Shown here: positions 52,463 to 64,000 of the stretch, one piece after another | Layout of the letters: each line of letters begins with the position of its first letter | Position numbering within the stretch: position 1 is the stretch's first letter | Notes under the pieces: generated by a model | The model's database searches: none | Seen by the model: the letters and a program-made list of their open reading frames with translations, nothing else | Told to the model about the DNA's origin: nothing | Program-made: the position numbers and the translations under genes | Source of the DNA: Dimorphilus gyrociliatus | Taxonomy: Eukaryota > Animalia > Annelida | NCBI GenBank assembly: GCA_904063045.1 | Contig: CAJFCJ010000025.1 | Coordinates: 434,001-498,000 of the forward strand | Reading direction: 5' to 3' | Length of the DNA: 64,000 nucleotides

Positions 52463-52935
52463 ATGTCATCTAATTAATTAAGGAAGAGAGAGAAGGAGAG
52501 AGATTCAGTAGAAAAAGAAAGAGAAAATGAGTATAGTAGGTTGACAGGAGCCGAGAGAAGAGAAGAGAAGAGATAGAGAGAGAGATAGGGAGGGAGGGAG
52601 GGAGAGAGAGAAAGCGAGAGAAAGAGAGAGGTAGAAATAGAAAAGTGAATTACCTTATTCACGCATTCTTCGCATCCCTTAATTTCCTCGCATTTCATCG
52701 GGCGTCCTTTCTTTGAGCATATACAAGATCTTGAGCCAAATTGAAATTTTTCACCAGGATGATAAGTCTTCCCCGACAATGATTTACAAACTGTTTACAA
52801 ATGAATCTATTTGATACTTCTTCCCTTTACAAAATGGCTAAGAATTCATAATAAACTGTTACTGTTTTACTCTTATTCGTTTTATAATAAATAAACAACT
52901 ACTGTGTTAAACGATTTGAAAAAAAAACGCGTAAA

Positions 52936-52976
<41 letters not shown>

Positions 52977-54141
52977 AATAGTGCATTTATTCTTTAAGCT
53001 ATCCCTTTCCATTGATAATTAGGCCTACATTGTGCCCAACAACCTTCCGGTCTACAAAAAGGTTGGGAATGGGAGAAATTCTAAGGCAATAATCAACTAT
53101 AAAATTATATGATGTTTAGAAATTTGTACACACTCGATAAAGCAATTAAAGTGACGCCCCGGAGAAAAAAATTTAGGTCTTTTTTGACAGGCAAAAAGGG
53201 ATAGAAATACAATTGTAAATTATGATTTACTTAATGGTTTATATATTTTTTATTTAGGTATAGTTTCAACCGCTTTTGACCTTTGATAATAAAAACATAG
53301 ATAATGAAATATCTGTCTTCTCTATTCCACTTTAGATTAACACTAATAGAAAGCTAAGTAATGAATAGATAATATTATGAAAAAGCTACATACACTGTAT
53401 ATATATATATATATATATATATACGCATACTTAAGTCTTTCATTAGATGTCTATCATTTACTATTTGTATTATTTATGTAGATAATGTTTATAAATGTTA
53501 CTTATCTCTTTTACGTTGTTACGTATGCTTACAAAGATGTTCCTCATAAAAAAAGGCATCCAACAGCTTTCTATACTATTTGTTGTTTATAAAGGTGCTT
53601 TTCATAAGTACTTCCTGCAGCTTTAAACTCTTAAAAACTGCCTTTTAATATTTACCTGTATGAATAAGAAGATGATCGGGTCTGCATTTCATGCCACATC
53701 CGTCAAAACAGCATCTAGAAAAGGTCGCATAAGTTTCTAAACAATCTTTATCTTCAATGCACTTTGCTTTGCTTCTCTCTGCAGTACAGTACTTTTTAAC
53801 GAAACCATACTTTCTCGGACATTCACCGATCCCTAGATACGAAAGATGTTAACAATTAAAACTACAAAAGACAATTAAAAGACATAAATAGGAATAAAAT
53901 TTCTTAATAATTGGCTTATTTGCTTTCGTAATTCTTTGTTTTTTTTTCTCTTCTTTTCACTTCTTAGACATTGATGAGAATTTTTCACAAAGTTTCTCAA
54001 GTGAAAGAACAAAGAAAACATTGGAATGAGAAAAACAAGTTGTTCTTCTAATATCCTCCTAAAACCATTTTTGTCAGTACCTAGCTTGTAACCCAAGGCG
54101 ACCGGAGAAAGCAGGAAGATAAGAAAGCAAGCAGATATCAT
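52164..54141 (-). CDS. Secreted WAP four-disulfide-core protein with a VWC-like module and a Lys-rich C-terminal tail, 168 aa
   Basis: Exons 54141-54081 (signal peptide MISACFLIFLLSPVALG), 53832-53656 (8-Cys WAP: GECP..YC..KCIEDKDC..RCCFDGCGMKC), 52790-52654 (CKSLSGKTYHPGEKFQFGSRSCICSKKGRPMKCEEIKGCEEC), 52295-52164 (..KDIKKWIKPLKFW*). Total 507 nt, all phases consistent. Confidence 0.85.
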
Positions 54142-57100
54142 GATATGTGGAATATTTGCATAACATTAAAAAAACGTCAATAAACATCACCTGACAGCTA
54201 TGCCTGTGGAAGAAAATCAGTTTTTTTCAGCCTGTAGAGTGTTGATTTTGCTCAGCAAATACATGTAGAAATTGTAGTTTTGTTTTATTACACTGCTTTA
54301 AAAGTTTTCACTATTCTTTTCTTTTGTATTGGCTAACAAAAATTTGCTTTTTGCTTTCTTTTTTTTCTTTTCTTTCACTCTTTTTCCATCTATTTCTCTC
54401 TCCCTCCGCCTCTTCCATATTTCTCAGTCCTTCCTTCTCTCGCTCGTATAATCTTTTACTTTTTTCTCTCGTTTATTTGAACGTTTCTTTATATCCATTT
54501 ATCCCCTCAGTGTCTTTTCTTCTTTTAATAAGTTGACTCACTGTGCACACTTCTCTCTATCCTTCCCTTTCCTTTCTCTTCCTTACTGTTTCCTATTTTC
54601 ATTTGTTTCATGCCTCTCGGGCTTTATTGTCTAACTGAGTCTGGCAAAAAATTCTCTTCAATTACTTCCACTATAAATACTTGATAAAAATTAAGGTACA
54701 AAGACTTGCCCTTTTTCCTTTTTTTTTATCACATTTTTACTCTTTATTTTTTTTTCCAAGTTGACTATTCACTATGAGAATACATTCCGCCACACGTCAA
54801 AACCTCGGCGACAGGATCGTATGTAATTAAAGTGTAGGCCTATAAAACCCTAAGAAAAATTATAAATAGATGGTTAGCTGTAGAACTTTTTCCGTTTTTT
54901 TCAATGGCAATAAATTATATTTTATTGTTCTATACTTTTTAAAAGTTAGAATTAATAATAAACATTTATACGAGATAAATGTTACAAGATAGGAAGCAGT
55001 AGCAGAAGAAGAGGATGAAGGAGAGGAATAATAATTCGTCAGGTGCGGAAAAATTGAAATCGTTGTTACGGAATAATCTAATATATGATTTGTTCGATTT
55101 TTTCATTAAAACGTTTTTATCCGATATTTCCGTTGTAATTCTTAAAGAGTAGGATTTTTCTATAAAGAAAGGAAAAACACTAATATTATAACAACTATAG
55201 AGAGGATAATTGACAATCTAACATTATTACTTTAAAGATTTTTCGCTTATTTAAATTAGGGTTAAATATAATTAGATTTTCCTTATAATAGAAAAGAGAA
55301 GAGAAAACAAAAATCATGTAGTTCTACTTAAGCTATTTAGGTCAATATCTTTTAATCTTTTAAATTTTTTTATTTATTAATGAACGAGAAAAAACTTTTG
55401 GATTTCGAAAATCGTTTTAATCCGATCAATTTCTTTTATATAAATAATTTATTGATGAAAAAAGAGGAAATAATGGAGAGGAGGAAAAATGAGAGAGAGA
55501 GAGAGAGAAAGGATAGAAAAGGAGAAAGAGAGTTACATAGAACTAAAGAGAGCGAAAGAGGAGAGGAAAGAATATAATCCACAGAAGAAGAGAAAAGCGA
55601 AAGTTTTCTTTTCAAAAAGATACCTGACTAAAAGACAGAAGAGAGTGGAAATCTAGAAATAAAAAGAATGGAGAAATAGATAGGAAGAGAGAGAGAGAGA
55701 GAGAACAAACTGAAAAAAGAAGAAAGAACAGGAACATTTCATTGTTTTATATACATTTTCGACATTGGGAAAGAATTGCAAAAAAAGAAAACACCTTTCT
55801 ACCTAATTAATCGGTTTCTCTTTCGAAAACTCTAATCTTTCGTCTTTGTGGAATTCCTCATTAAATAATACAAATTCCCAAAGCGCAATAAAGAAGTAAT
55901 TTTAAAGAGAAAAGGAAAAAAAACTAGGAGAATTGTCACCGTATTGCATAAAGTACTATTTTATTATATAAAAAGGAATAATGCTTTTGTTAATTTGCTA
56001 TAAAGGCAACTCGTGATGTAAAAAAAAGGATAATATTATAAATGGTCAATAAAAGTAGTGTTAGCCTTTTTCGAATTTGAGAGTATACTTGTATTTGTGT
56101 GTATATGAAAAGCCATTGTAGAATTATTGTACACAGGTAATGCAGTCGTATAATTATGCGAATAAAGGCGGCTTTGGTGGCGATTGGTTGCTGCAGAGTT
56201 TCCCTGGTACATAGACAAACTGCATTTTGCTGTCGCTCTGCGTTCAGTGATTTTCTCCCGGAAAAAGAAATTGGAATTTCCGCTTTTACTTTTTGAAAAG
56301 AAAAATTAAAAATTAGGCAAAGAAGAAGATTTGCAGAGGAATAGGAAAAGGCTAATATAAGAAAAAAGAAAAAACTATAAGAAAAGAAATAAGGAAAATA
56401 TGGTTGAGGTAGGCCTGTTGTTTATTGGTAAGAGAGAGAGAGAGAGAAAAGGAGCGATTTCATCAAACTAAGTACTCATTTCCTACTCCTAAATGCACAC
56501 TTTTCTCCACGAAACAAGATTATTTTGAAAGGAAGCGTTCTGGCGGCGTCTAATTAAAATTAACGCCTTTCTCCCTCTTCTCCCAAATCTTTTCGGCTTA
56601 GTAATCCATACATTTTTAAGGAAAAAATTTTCTAAATTTCATTACTATCTATTTTCTCAACAGTTTCTCCAAGTTCAAGGTCATTAATAATCCTTATTGC
56701 TCCGTTAGCTCTTTTTACTCAAAAACAAACAAGAAAACAATAAAAGTATAATTACAGTTTAAAGCGTTAAAAGAGACGCTAAAGATTAACATTATATTTG
56801 AAAAGCAAAAAGAGAAAGAGAGAAAAATACGGTATGTTCAATAACAATTAATTATAAATTTCTTTTAGAGTTTTACTTTTCCGAGTTAGATCCTTTGCAG
56901 TTGTGTTTGAATAGTACTTGTAAATTTAGTGTGATATACTACGAAGTACTTTCTAAGCGGATATTACCCTTAATTAGAGTTAATGTGACTGAAAAACGAA
57001 AGAAATCAAATAGACTGTTAATTATAACCAGTTAATGAAAAGGATATGTACAGTAGATCAATATAAAGTATACAATATACGTATTTAGATATGTAGTATA

Positions 57101-58615
57101 GAGTAATAAGACTATATACGGTATTTGTTTATATCTAAAGATGGATAGACATAGAGAAAGATGAAATTCGAATTTACTTTCCAGTTTTTTTATTGACTAA
57201 CTGTTGTATTAGAGTGCGGGAAAGTTTCCTCTGAGTTGTCCTTCGGTCTGATCGCATTACCAACTCACAATGGCTTTATTATTTATTCCTAATGGTTTTT
57301 TTTACAGTATTTAATAAGTTTGCAGTTTATTAAGAGCGTTACCAATCATAAAAGGAGAAGAAGAAAAAAACTTATTTATTTCTTTTATTTATTCATTTCC
57401 TTGTAAATTAAATCTCTTAGGCAGAGGCGTTGTTCAATTCCATAAAAAACTATAAACGTTCTATTGAGTGGGGGCGAAGTCGATTTCTGAAAATGTTCTA
57501 TTTTTAGAAGGCGCGTCGAAGCGTAAAAACGGCGTCGATATTTGTTGCTAAAAAGGGTCGGCGGCTATAGATCAAATATCTACAGCGTCTACCCGCCTTA
57601 AAACGTCCCGACAATTCGTCGAATTACTCTCTAGCGAATTTGCCCTCGGGATACGGATAGGAAAATTCCCTTTTCTTTCCCTATCCCACCGACTTGTTTT
57701 ACCATTATTCTCCTCCACCTAGGCATGCGTATCTAGTTTTCCTCCTCATTTGACTTAAAAGAATACTCTTTGCAAATTTTTCCTGCTATTGTAGAAAACC
57801 CAAAACTTATGACAGACTGGAATAATACGGCCATCTTGACCTTTTTCGGGATAAAAAGAGTACGAGCATTATTCTAATATTATCTTGTATCATATCAGTA
57901 CCGAAAAGCTATTACAGATAGAAATCTCAAAAGCTTAAACATGGTTTTTGTGATCTAAATTAGTCTCTCTCTCTTTATATCATACGCTATGGGGAGGAGG
58001 TATAAAGAGCGTCTTTTTTTCTTTCACGTCTATCCAAGTATACACAATTTGTCCTTGACACTATATTTTCACCAATTTTTTTATTCCATAACAATCTCTT
58101 TATCCAATCTAATTTTTCTTTCCAAAAGTATCATAACCCTAATAAATATATATAAAAAAAATATGAAAAATTAGGCAAACATTCCAATTTATTTCCAGTT
58201 TTTCGTAGTGCCGACATCTAGTTTAAAAATTATTAATTTTTTAGTTTTAACAGAGAGACAAGTCATTACTTTTGTTGTTTGTCTTTCAAGTATTATTCGT
58301 ATTATTATCAGTCTATACATATATATACTATTTAACCTTGACCTAAAGATTGTATATTTGCTTATTATTGCAAATATTAATAAAATATTTTTATTCCAAA
58401 GATTTTAAAAGAAAAAACATGGAATTTTTGAATTCTTTAGTTGTTTGTCTACCTATTTCTAGATGCAAGTAATACTAGATCTGATCCTATGCATAAGGTT
58501 GTTTGGTTAATTTATTTATATAAAAAAAAATGATATTGTAGATGTTGTATAGGAAATTTTCCCTTACCAAAGCAAAAATTTGTAAAATTTTCCTATTCTT
58601 TTATTATTTAAATAT

Positions 58616-58651
58616 AATTTAATTAATTAATTAATTAATTAATTAATTAAT
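58616..58651 (+). repeat. (TAAT)n tetranucleotide repeat
   Basis: About 8 tandem TAAT/AATT units. Confidence 0.85.
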
Positions 58652-59028
58652 TCTTTGACATTTTTTTTTTATATATGATATATAATTTTAATGAAGCTTT
58701 TTAAATTTTTCTCTTCTTCTTCTTTCTTACCCTCCTCTCTCTCTCTCTCTCTCTATTATTATTGTCATTTTAATTGCTATATAATATAATGAATTGACAA
58801 TATATCAGTATTGATTATTTCTTTAAGCAATCTTGACAATAATCGCTTAATTAATCCGAAATATTAGAGATTTAATATTTTATAAAATAGCTATAAAATG
58901 AATTTATATAATTAAAAGACTATACTTTGATTAACTTAACTATCTGCAATTTTTTCCCACCTATTATAAATTGTATGCTTTTTTAACATCATAATAAAGT
59001 CTACTGTTTTTATCAGATATGTAACAGG

Positions 59029-61408
59029 ATGTACTGCAAAGTGTTACTGTTTGTTTATCTCATGGATCTATCATTAACCGAATACGTGAAAGTAGAAACT
59101 GCATATGGACGAGTGACGGGAACTAGAAAAGTTGTAAATGATTTTCGAATTGAAACTTTTCTTGGTGTACCATACGCAAAACCACCCGTAGGAGATCTCA
59201 GATTCCGTAGGCCTATTCCACTTACTCAATATCCACCAGAGGGCATAAATGCCACAAAATTGCCTCCAACTTGTATTCAACCAATTGATACATTATTTGG
59301 TATGCACGAAGGTGTTGAAATGTGGAATCCCAATACAAATATAAGCGAAGATTGCTTGTACATGAACATTTGGAGACCGTGGAAAAGGAAAGGTTTACTT
59401 CCGATTTTGATTTGGATTTATGGGGGAACTTTTGTATCAGGTAGCTGTAGTTTGGATATTTATGATGGTTCTGTATTGGCTGAAAAAGCTCAGGCAATAG
59501 TTGTAGCAATGAACTACCGTACAGGACCACTTGGATTCTTTTATTTAAATGATAGGTTTGTAATATTGAATATTAATAATAGAGATTTGTTTACGTTGCT
59601 TTGTTTCACATTTCTTATCTCGCTTCCTGCTCCATCTCTTTTGTGTATTGTTTTCTCCTATTCAACTATCTCTCTTCATACTGATCAATCATGATGTATT
59701 TTCTTGTATTTTCATGTATTTTGATAAATATCTTTTGTTTTTTATCGTAGTTAATTTTCTTTCATTCATACTCAGAGGTGGAGAAGTTCCGGGTAGTCAG
59801 GGTATTGCTGATCAACAAATAGTCATTAGATACTTCTGGAATTATGCTAAAGATTGGGGTGGTGACAGGAATAGGATAACACTTTCTGGCGAGAGTTCTG
59901 GAGCAGTTTCAATAGGATTGCACATTCTCTCTGACGCCGTCCAGTACGTATCAGGGGTAATATTGAATTCAGCCACTCCTCTAGCAAGATGGGGAGTTCA
60001 ATCCAGAGAAAAAGCGCTAAAAAGGGCTGAGCAATTAAGCAGGAAATTAGGTTGTTGGTTAGAAAATGAAATGGATACAATTAAGTGTCTTCGCTCAAGA
60101 CCAGCAAAGGATTATCTCGATAATCTATATCATGTACAAGAGCATTACTTCGAACCACCTTTTGGACCAACAATCGACGGAAGCATATTAAAAAGGGATC
60201 CGAGAGAAATATTGAAATCTGGAAAATTCAAGAGAATACCAATGATAGTAGGTAACACAAAGGATGAAGGAATGTACTTTTTTATATATGGATTTCCAGA
60301 GGTATATAAAAAGATGAATAGCTCTTCAACATGGGATAGTTCAGACTATTTTTTCTATTTGAGAAAAATTATAAAATCTGTATCAGAGAAATATCATAAG
60401 GCATAAAATTTTCACTATTCATAAGCCTTTACATAATTAAATAGTTAATTAGTAAAATAACTTAAAAAATTGGAAATAATAACAAAAAACAAGACAGAAA
60501 TCTATTGAGAAGATTTCTAATCTTTTATTCTTCTTCATTATTATTAATTATTATCATTTGTTCAAGTTTTTCATGAATAGTGAAAAATTTTTAAGATTGT
60601 TGAAAAGGCAACCGACTTTGAATATAGAACACCGACAGAATTTCGTAATCAACCCAAATTACGCGATATTATGGACGATATTGTAGGTGATTTGGAATTT
60701 GTATGTTCAACGGTTAACTATTCAACTTATTACGCAAGCCAAGCGAATCCTGTATATATGTATAGATTTATGCATAAAAATGAAAAAAACCCCTGGCCGG
60801 AGTGGATGGGTGTAATGCATGGTTATGAAATCGATTATGAATTTGGAACTCCTTTCCGATCGGATTATAAATTTATCAAGTTTAACGACAAAGAACGTCG
60901 ATTGAGTGATAGTATAATAAAGTATTGGAAACAATTCATTCATAATCCAAAGTAAACAAATATCATAATTCAAATTATAATTTATAAACCGGTGTTAATC
61001 TTCTTTAATATATTAAGTCTTTTTTTTCTTTCCCATCTTCTTTAGGAGGCCAATAAAGTTTAATAATAAAAACTATTGGCCTAGATTCGATATGAAAGAT
61101 AGGAAATATTTGAAGTTTAACATCTCAAATTCAGATGAAATTGGCGAAGGTGGACTTCGAACTCGTAAATGTAAATTCTGGGAATCATTCATACCAAATT
61201 TAATCACAAATTTGGATAATTTACCATCAGAATTAGGTAATTTTCTCTCTTCTTTAATTTCTTTCTAATCTTTATCTTTAATGTTTATTGAGTTCTATTG
61301 TTCTCTCTTTTATTTTTTTCTTTCATCAAAATAGGCTATTCCAGTTTGGCTTGTATAAACGTGGCAAACATTTACGTTTTAATTATAGTGCTGCTCAACA
61401 TTACTTAA
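59029..61408 (+). CDS. Cholinesterase (acetylcholinesterase-like, carboxylesterase type B family), likely GPI-anchored, ~583-590 aa
   Basis: Exons 59029-59555, 59776-60379 or 60400, 60596-60951, 61046-61236, 61335-61408. Motifs FLGVPYAKPPVGDLRFRRP, EMWNPNT (W84), SEDCLYMNIW, GESSG (Ser), KDEG (Glu), GVMHGYE (His), and a hydrophobic C-terminus. Confidence 0.93.
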
Positions 61409-62712
61409 TGCACCAGTGAATGCCTTTTCCTCCCTGACAAACTTTCTTTCTCATGTCATCGCACAGCAACGAACTTTTCATCAGCAGGAATATTATAATT
61501 AGTTAATTCGACTCTCTCTCTCTTTCGTCTATCTACCTATTTATCTCACTCACTCTCTCTCTCTCTCTGTCTTTTATGAAAATTGACTTTAGTATGGATT
61601 TTAGCAAAAAGAATGAGAAATAAAAAATACTAATATATAAAAGAATAGTATTTATGTACATGAATGTAATTATATGTTGCATCTTTGCGTCTGTGTACAA
61701 TATTGTATTTAGGTTTGTTGAGAATAATAGAAAAATAAAATAGCGTTGTGAAAAAGGCAAAGACTTCTGTTTTTTATTATATTCCATTAATATTAATATT
61801 ACTGCTCTCTCTCTCTCTCTGTCTCTCTTTCTTTAAATAAATCTATTCACGTTAGATGGCGCAATACTCTAAATAGATGAGGGAGGGACAAACAAAATAT
61901 AAATTCTCGTCTATCTATCTATTTATCTCACTCTCTCTCTCTCTCTCTCTCTCTCTGTTTGAAAAAGTTCTCTTACATTTACATTAGTCTCTTTTTTTAA
62001 GCATATTGGTATATTTATATTCTGTACGTTATTCTTTTTAACATAAAAAATTATGTCACAAAAGAACTATAGCTCCAATTTGAAAGAGTAATTTCCATCT
62101 TTTTCGAAATCTTTTTAGCTATTGCCTATTCTAGAGTCAACCTGCATTTACACCTAATCATTTAATTGACCTTTGGCAAACTTTTAACACAGGGTTAAGT
62201 TATTTTATTATTCATCTAGGATAGATATAACTTACAATAAGATCTAGTGGTAATTAACAATAGAATGAAAGTTGTAAAATAAAGTAAAAGTAAAGGTGTA
62301 TATGTATATTGAATTCATTGATCGAAGTTGACACAATATGATACTTAGATGGCGCTTATTGCTTGTGTTGTCTTTTAGCTAGATAAAACTATTTACTTTC
62401 TTCCCTTTCTACCATTTCTATCTCCCCTTCCATCCTTCCCCACTTTTCTGTCGCTCTTTTACATAAGAAGTATTATTGCCTAAAGATTAAAACAGGTGGT
62501 GAAATATCTACTAATTAATGGTTTGTCAAGAAAATCAAGTACATCTTAGCATTTGCCTAGCTATAAATAAACAAATTAAGTAAACGAAAGAAATGCAAGG
62601 TGAGTTATTATTAATTGTGTCAGTTTTTTTTTGATCTTTTACAAGAATATTATTTTGAACAGACGAAAATAAAAGTGAAATGTTTGCTTAATTTAGTTAC
62701 GACAAGTAAATT

Positions 62713-64000
62713 TTAATTTTCAGCAATTGTCTTTCTAATCCAATCAACAAAAGAAGAAACTCTGGTATAAATTCCGGGAAATCCTGGTCTTGCGCAACCG
62801 TATCCAGTTGAGACGATACCATGGAGTACGAATTGAGAATTTCCCCTATCGTAGCAAACCATAGGACCTCCAGAATCGTACTGACAAGCGTCTTTTCCAC
62901 CTTTGTCATACCTAATAAAGAAACAAGTAGCAAAGTATTTTACTATTATTCATACGTTGACATTTAATTTTGATTTGAAGAAAGGCTTTCTAAAGTAATT
63001 AGTAAAAAACATCATTTTGCGTATATATTTTTACATATATATATATACAGTATATATAATTTATAATTAAGGAATATTAGGCCTATAAGAATTAATAAAT
63101 AATGTTTTATTAGTATTTGTTGCAAAGTTTTTTCCAGATTATTTTAGATAACGAAAAAGGATGATAATGAAAAGAAAAGTACAAAACATACACGGAATTA
63201 TAAAATATATATACATTACAAGTCTAATTGAGTGGGGAACAGAAATATGAAAATATTGAATTTTAATAGATAATCAATTTCTTATGAACTTGCGAATTAA
63301 TTTTTATAGATGAAATACAATCGTGCAAGTAGATGGATTCTGATTACAAATTGTATTCTAAACATAGGAAGTCTTAGCCTAACCAAGGACGTTTCAGAAT
63401 ATTACCATATCTATTATACAGAGTATATATTTATTAGTATATACACACACAGTTATATACAAATGGATAACGTCTATTTATATCAATAATAAGTATATTA
63501 AATATAATTCTTTAGAATTTGTTTTTGAATCAGTTTCCTTTTTTTACCTTTTCCTTTCAGATTCCTTTTTTTATATCTTAGTGCAAAGTCATTTATAATT
63601 TTTTTAGAGCAGTTATCAAAGATACACTTATTTTTATATATTACTTAGTACAATCTGGCTTTTATTAGAATTGCATGAAATAATGAATAGTATTATATAT
63701 TTTGTTATTGTTCTAAGGAAACTAAGCTTTTTTTAAGTTTATTAAAGTATTATAACGCGAATTATTTGTCAATATTTCATAATCGGTCAGTAACCTTGAA
63801 CCAGAATTTGACTCGGAGAATACTTTACTCATTTAGGACCGAAAATAGCAGAAAAGATGTGTGAGATTTAATTTTTTCGACTTTAACAGAATAGGCTTAT
63901 GAAAGAATATAGACAGCTATATTTGTAAAAGTTTATTAGACTTACCCAGCGCAGACAATTTTATCAGAAATTTCCAATTTTGCCTTCTCTATTACACCGT
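62713..64000 (-). CDS. Trypsin-family (S1A) serine protease, 3' part; gene continues beyond the window
   Basis: Exon 64000-63946 (..ISDKIVCAG|gtaagt) and last exon 62911-62713 ([47 protein letters not shown]). Phase 2 is consistent. Confidence 0.92.

Noticed and set aside
61525-61957. ~45-bp duplicated TCGTCTATCTA..TTTATCTCACTC(TC)n unit at 61525 and 61907
   Set aside because: Microsatellite-associated low-complexity duplication with no transposon hallmarks.

Overview
AT-rich animal (metazoan) DNA with short GT-AG introns (62-85 nt in places) and many (GA/TC)n and (TA)n microsatellites. The compact layout would fit a small-genome invertebrate such as a spiralian, but the taxon cannot be verified from sequence. 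Exon models were assembled by hand and checked for splice phase. Seven protein-coding genes and one snRNA are supported: a class I bHLH E-protein (daughterless/TCF3-4-12, +, exons 11108-24599, N-terminus unresolved) preceded by ~18 kb of CpG-rich regulatory islands; a full-length ABCB/P-glycoprotein-like transporter (+); DUSP19 (+); an intronless FMRFamide-receptor-like GPCR (+); U1 snRNA (+); a secreted WAP + VWC-like + cationic-tail protein (-); a GPI-type cholinesterase (+); and the 3' end of a trypsin-family protease (-). The most notable observations are: (1) the ABCB frame is intact for 1220 aa, yet the catalytic motifs of both nucleotide-binding domains are lost; (2) a duplicated AD2 cassette exon and candidate alternative first exons in the E-protein; (3) cholinesterase oxyanion-hole substitutions at positions known from insecticide-insensitive AChE; (4) dense CRE, E-box and CTCF-like motif clusters; (5) a G-U-containing intronic hairpin, an intronic copy of the U1 5' end, and a degenerate hammerhead core. 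No CRISPR array, tRNA, rRNA or intact transposon was seen.
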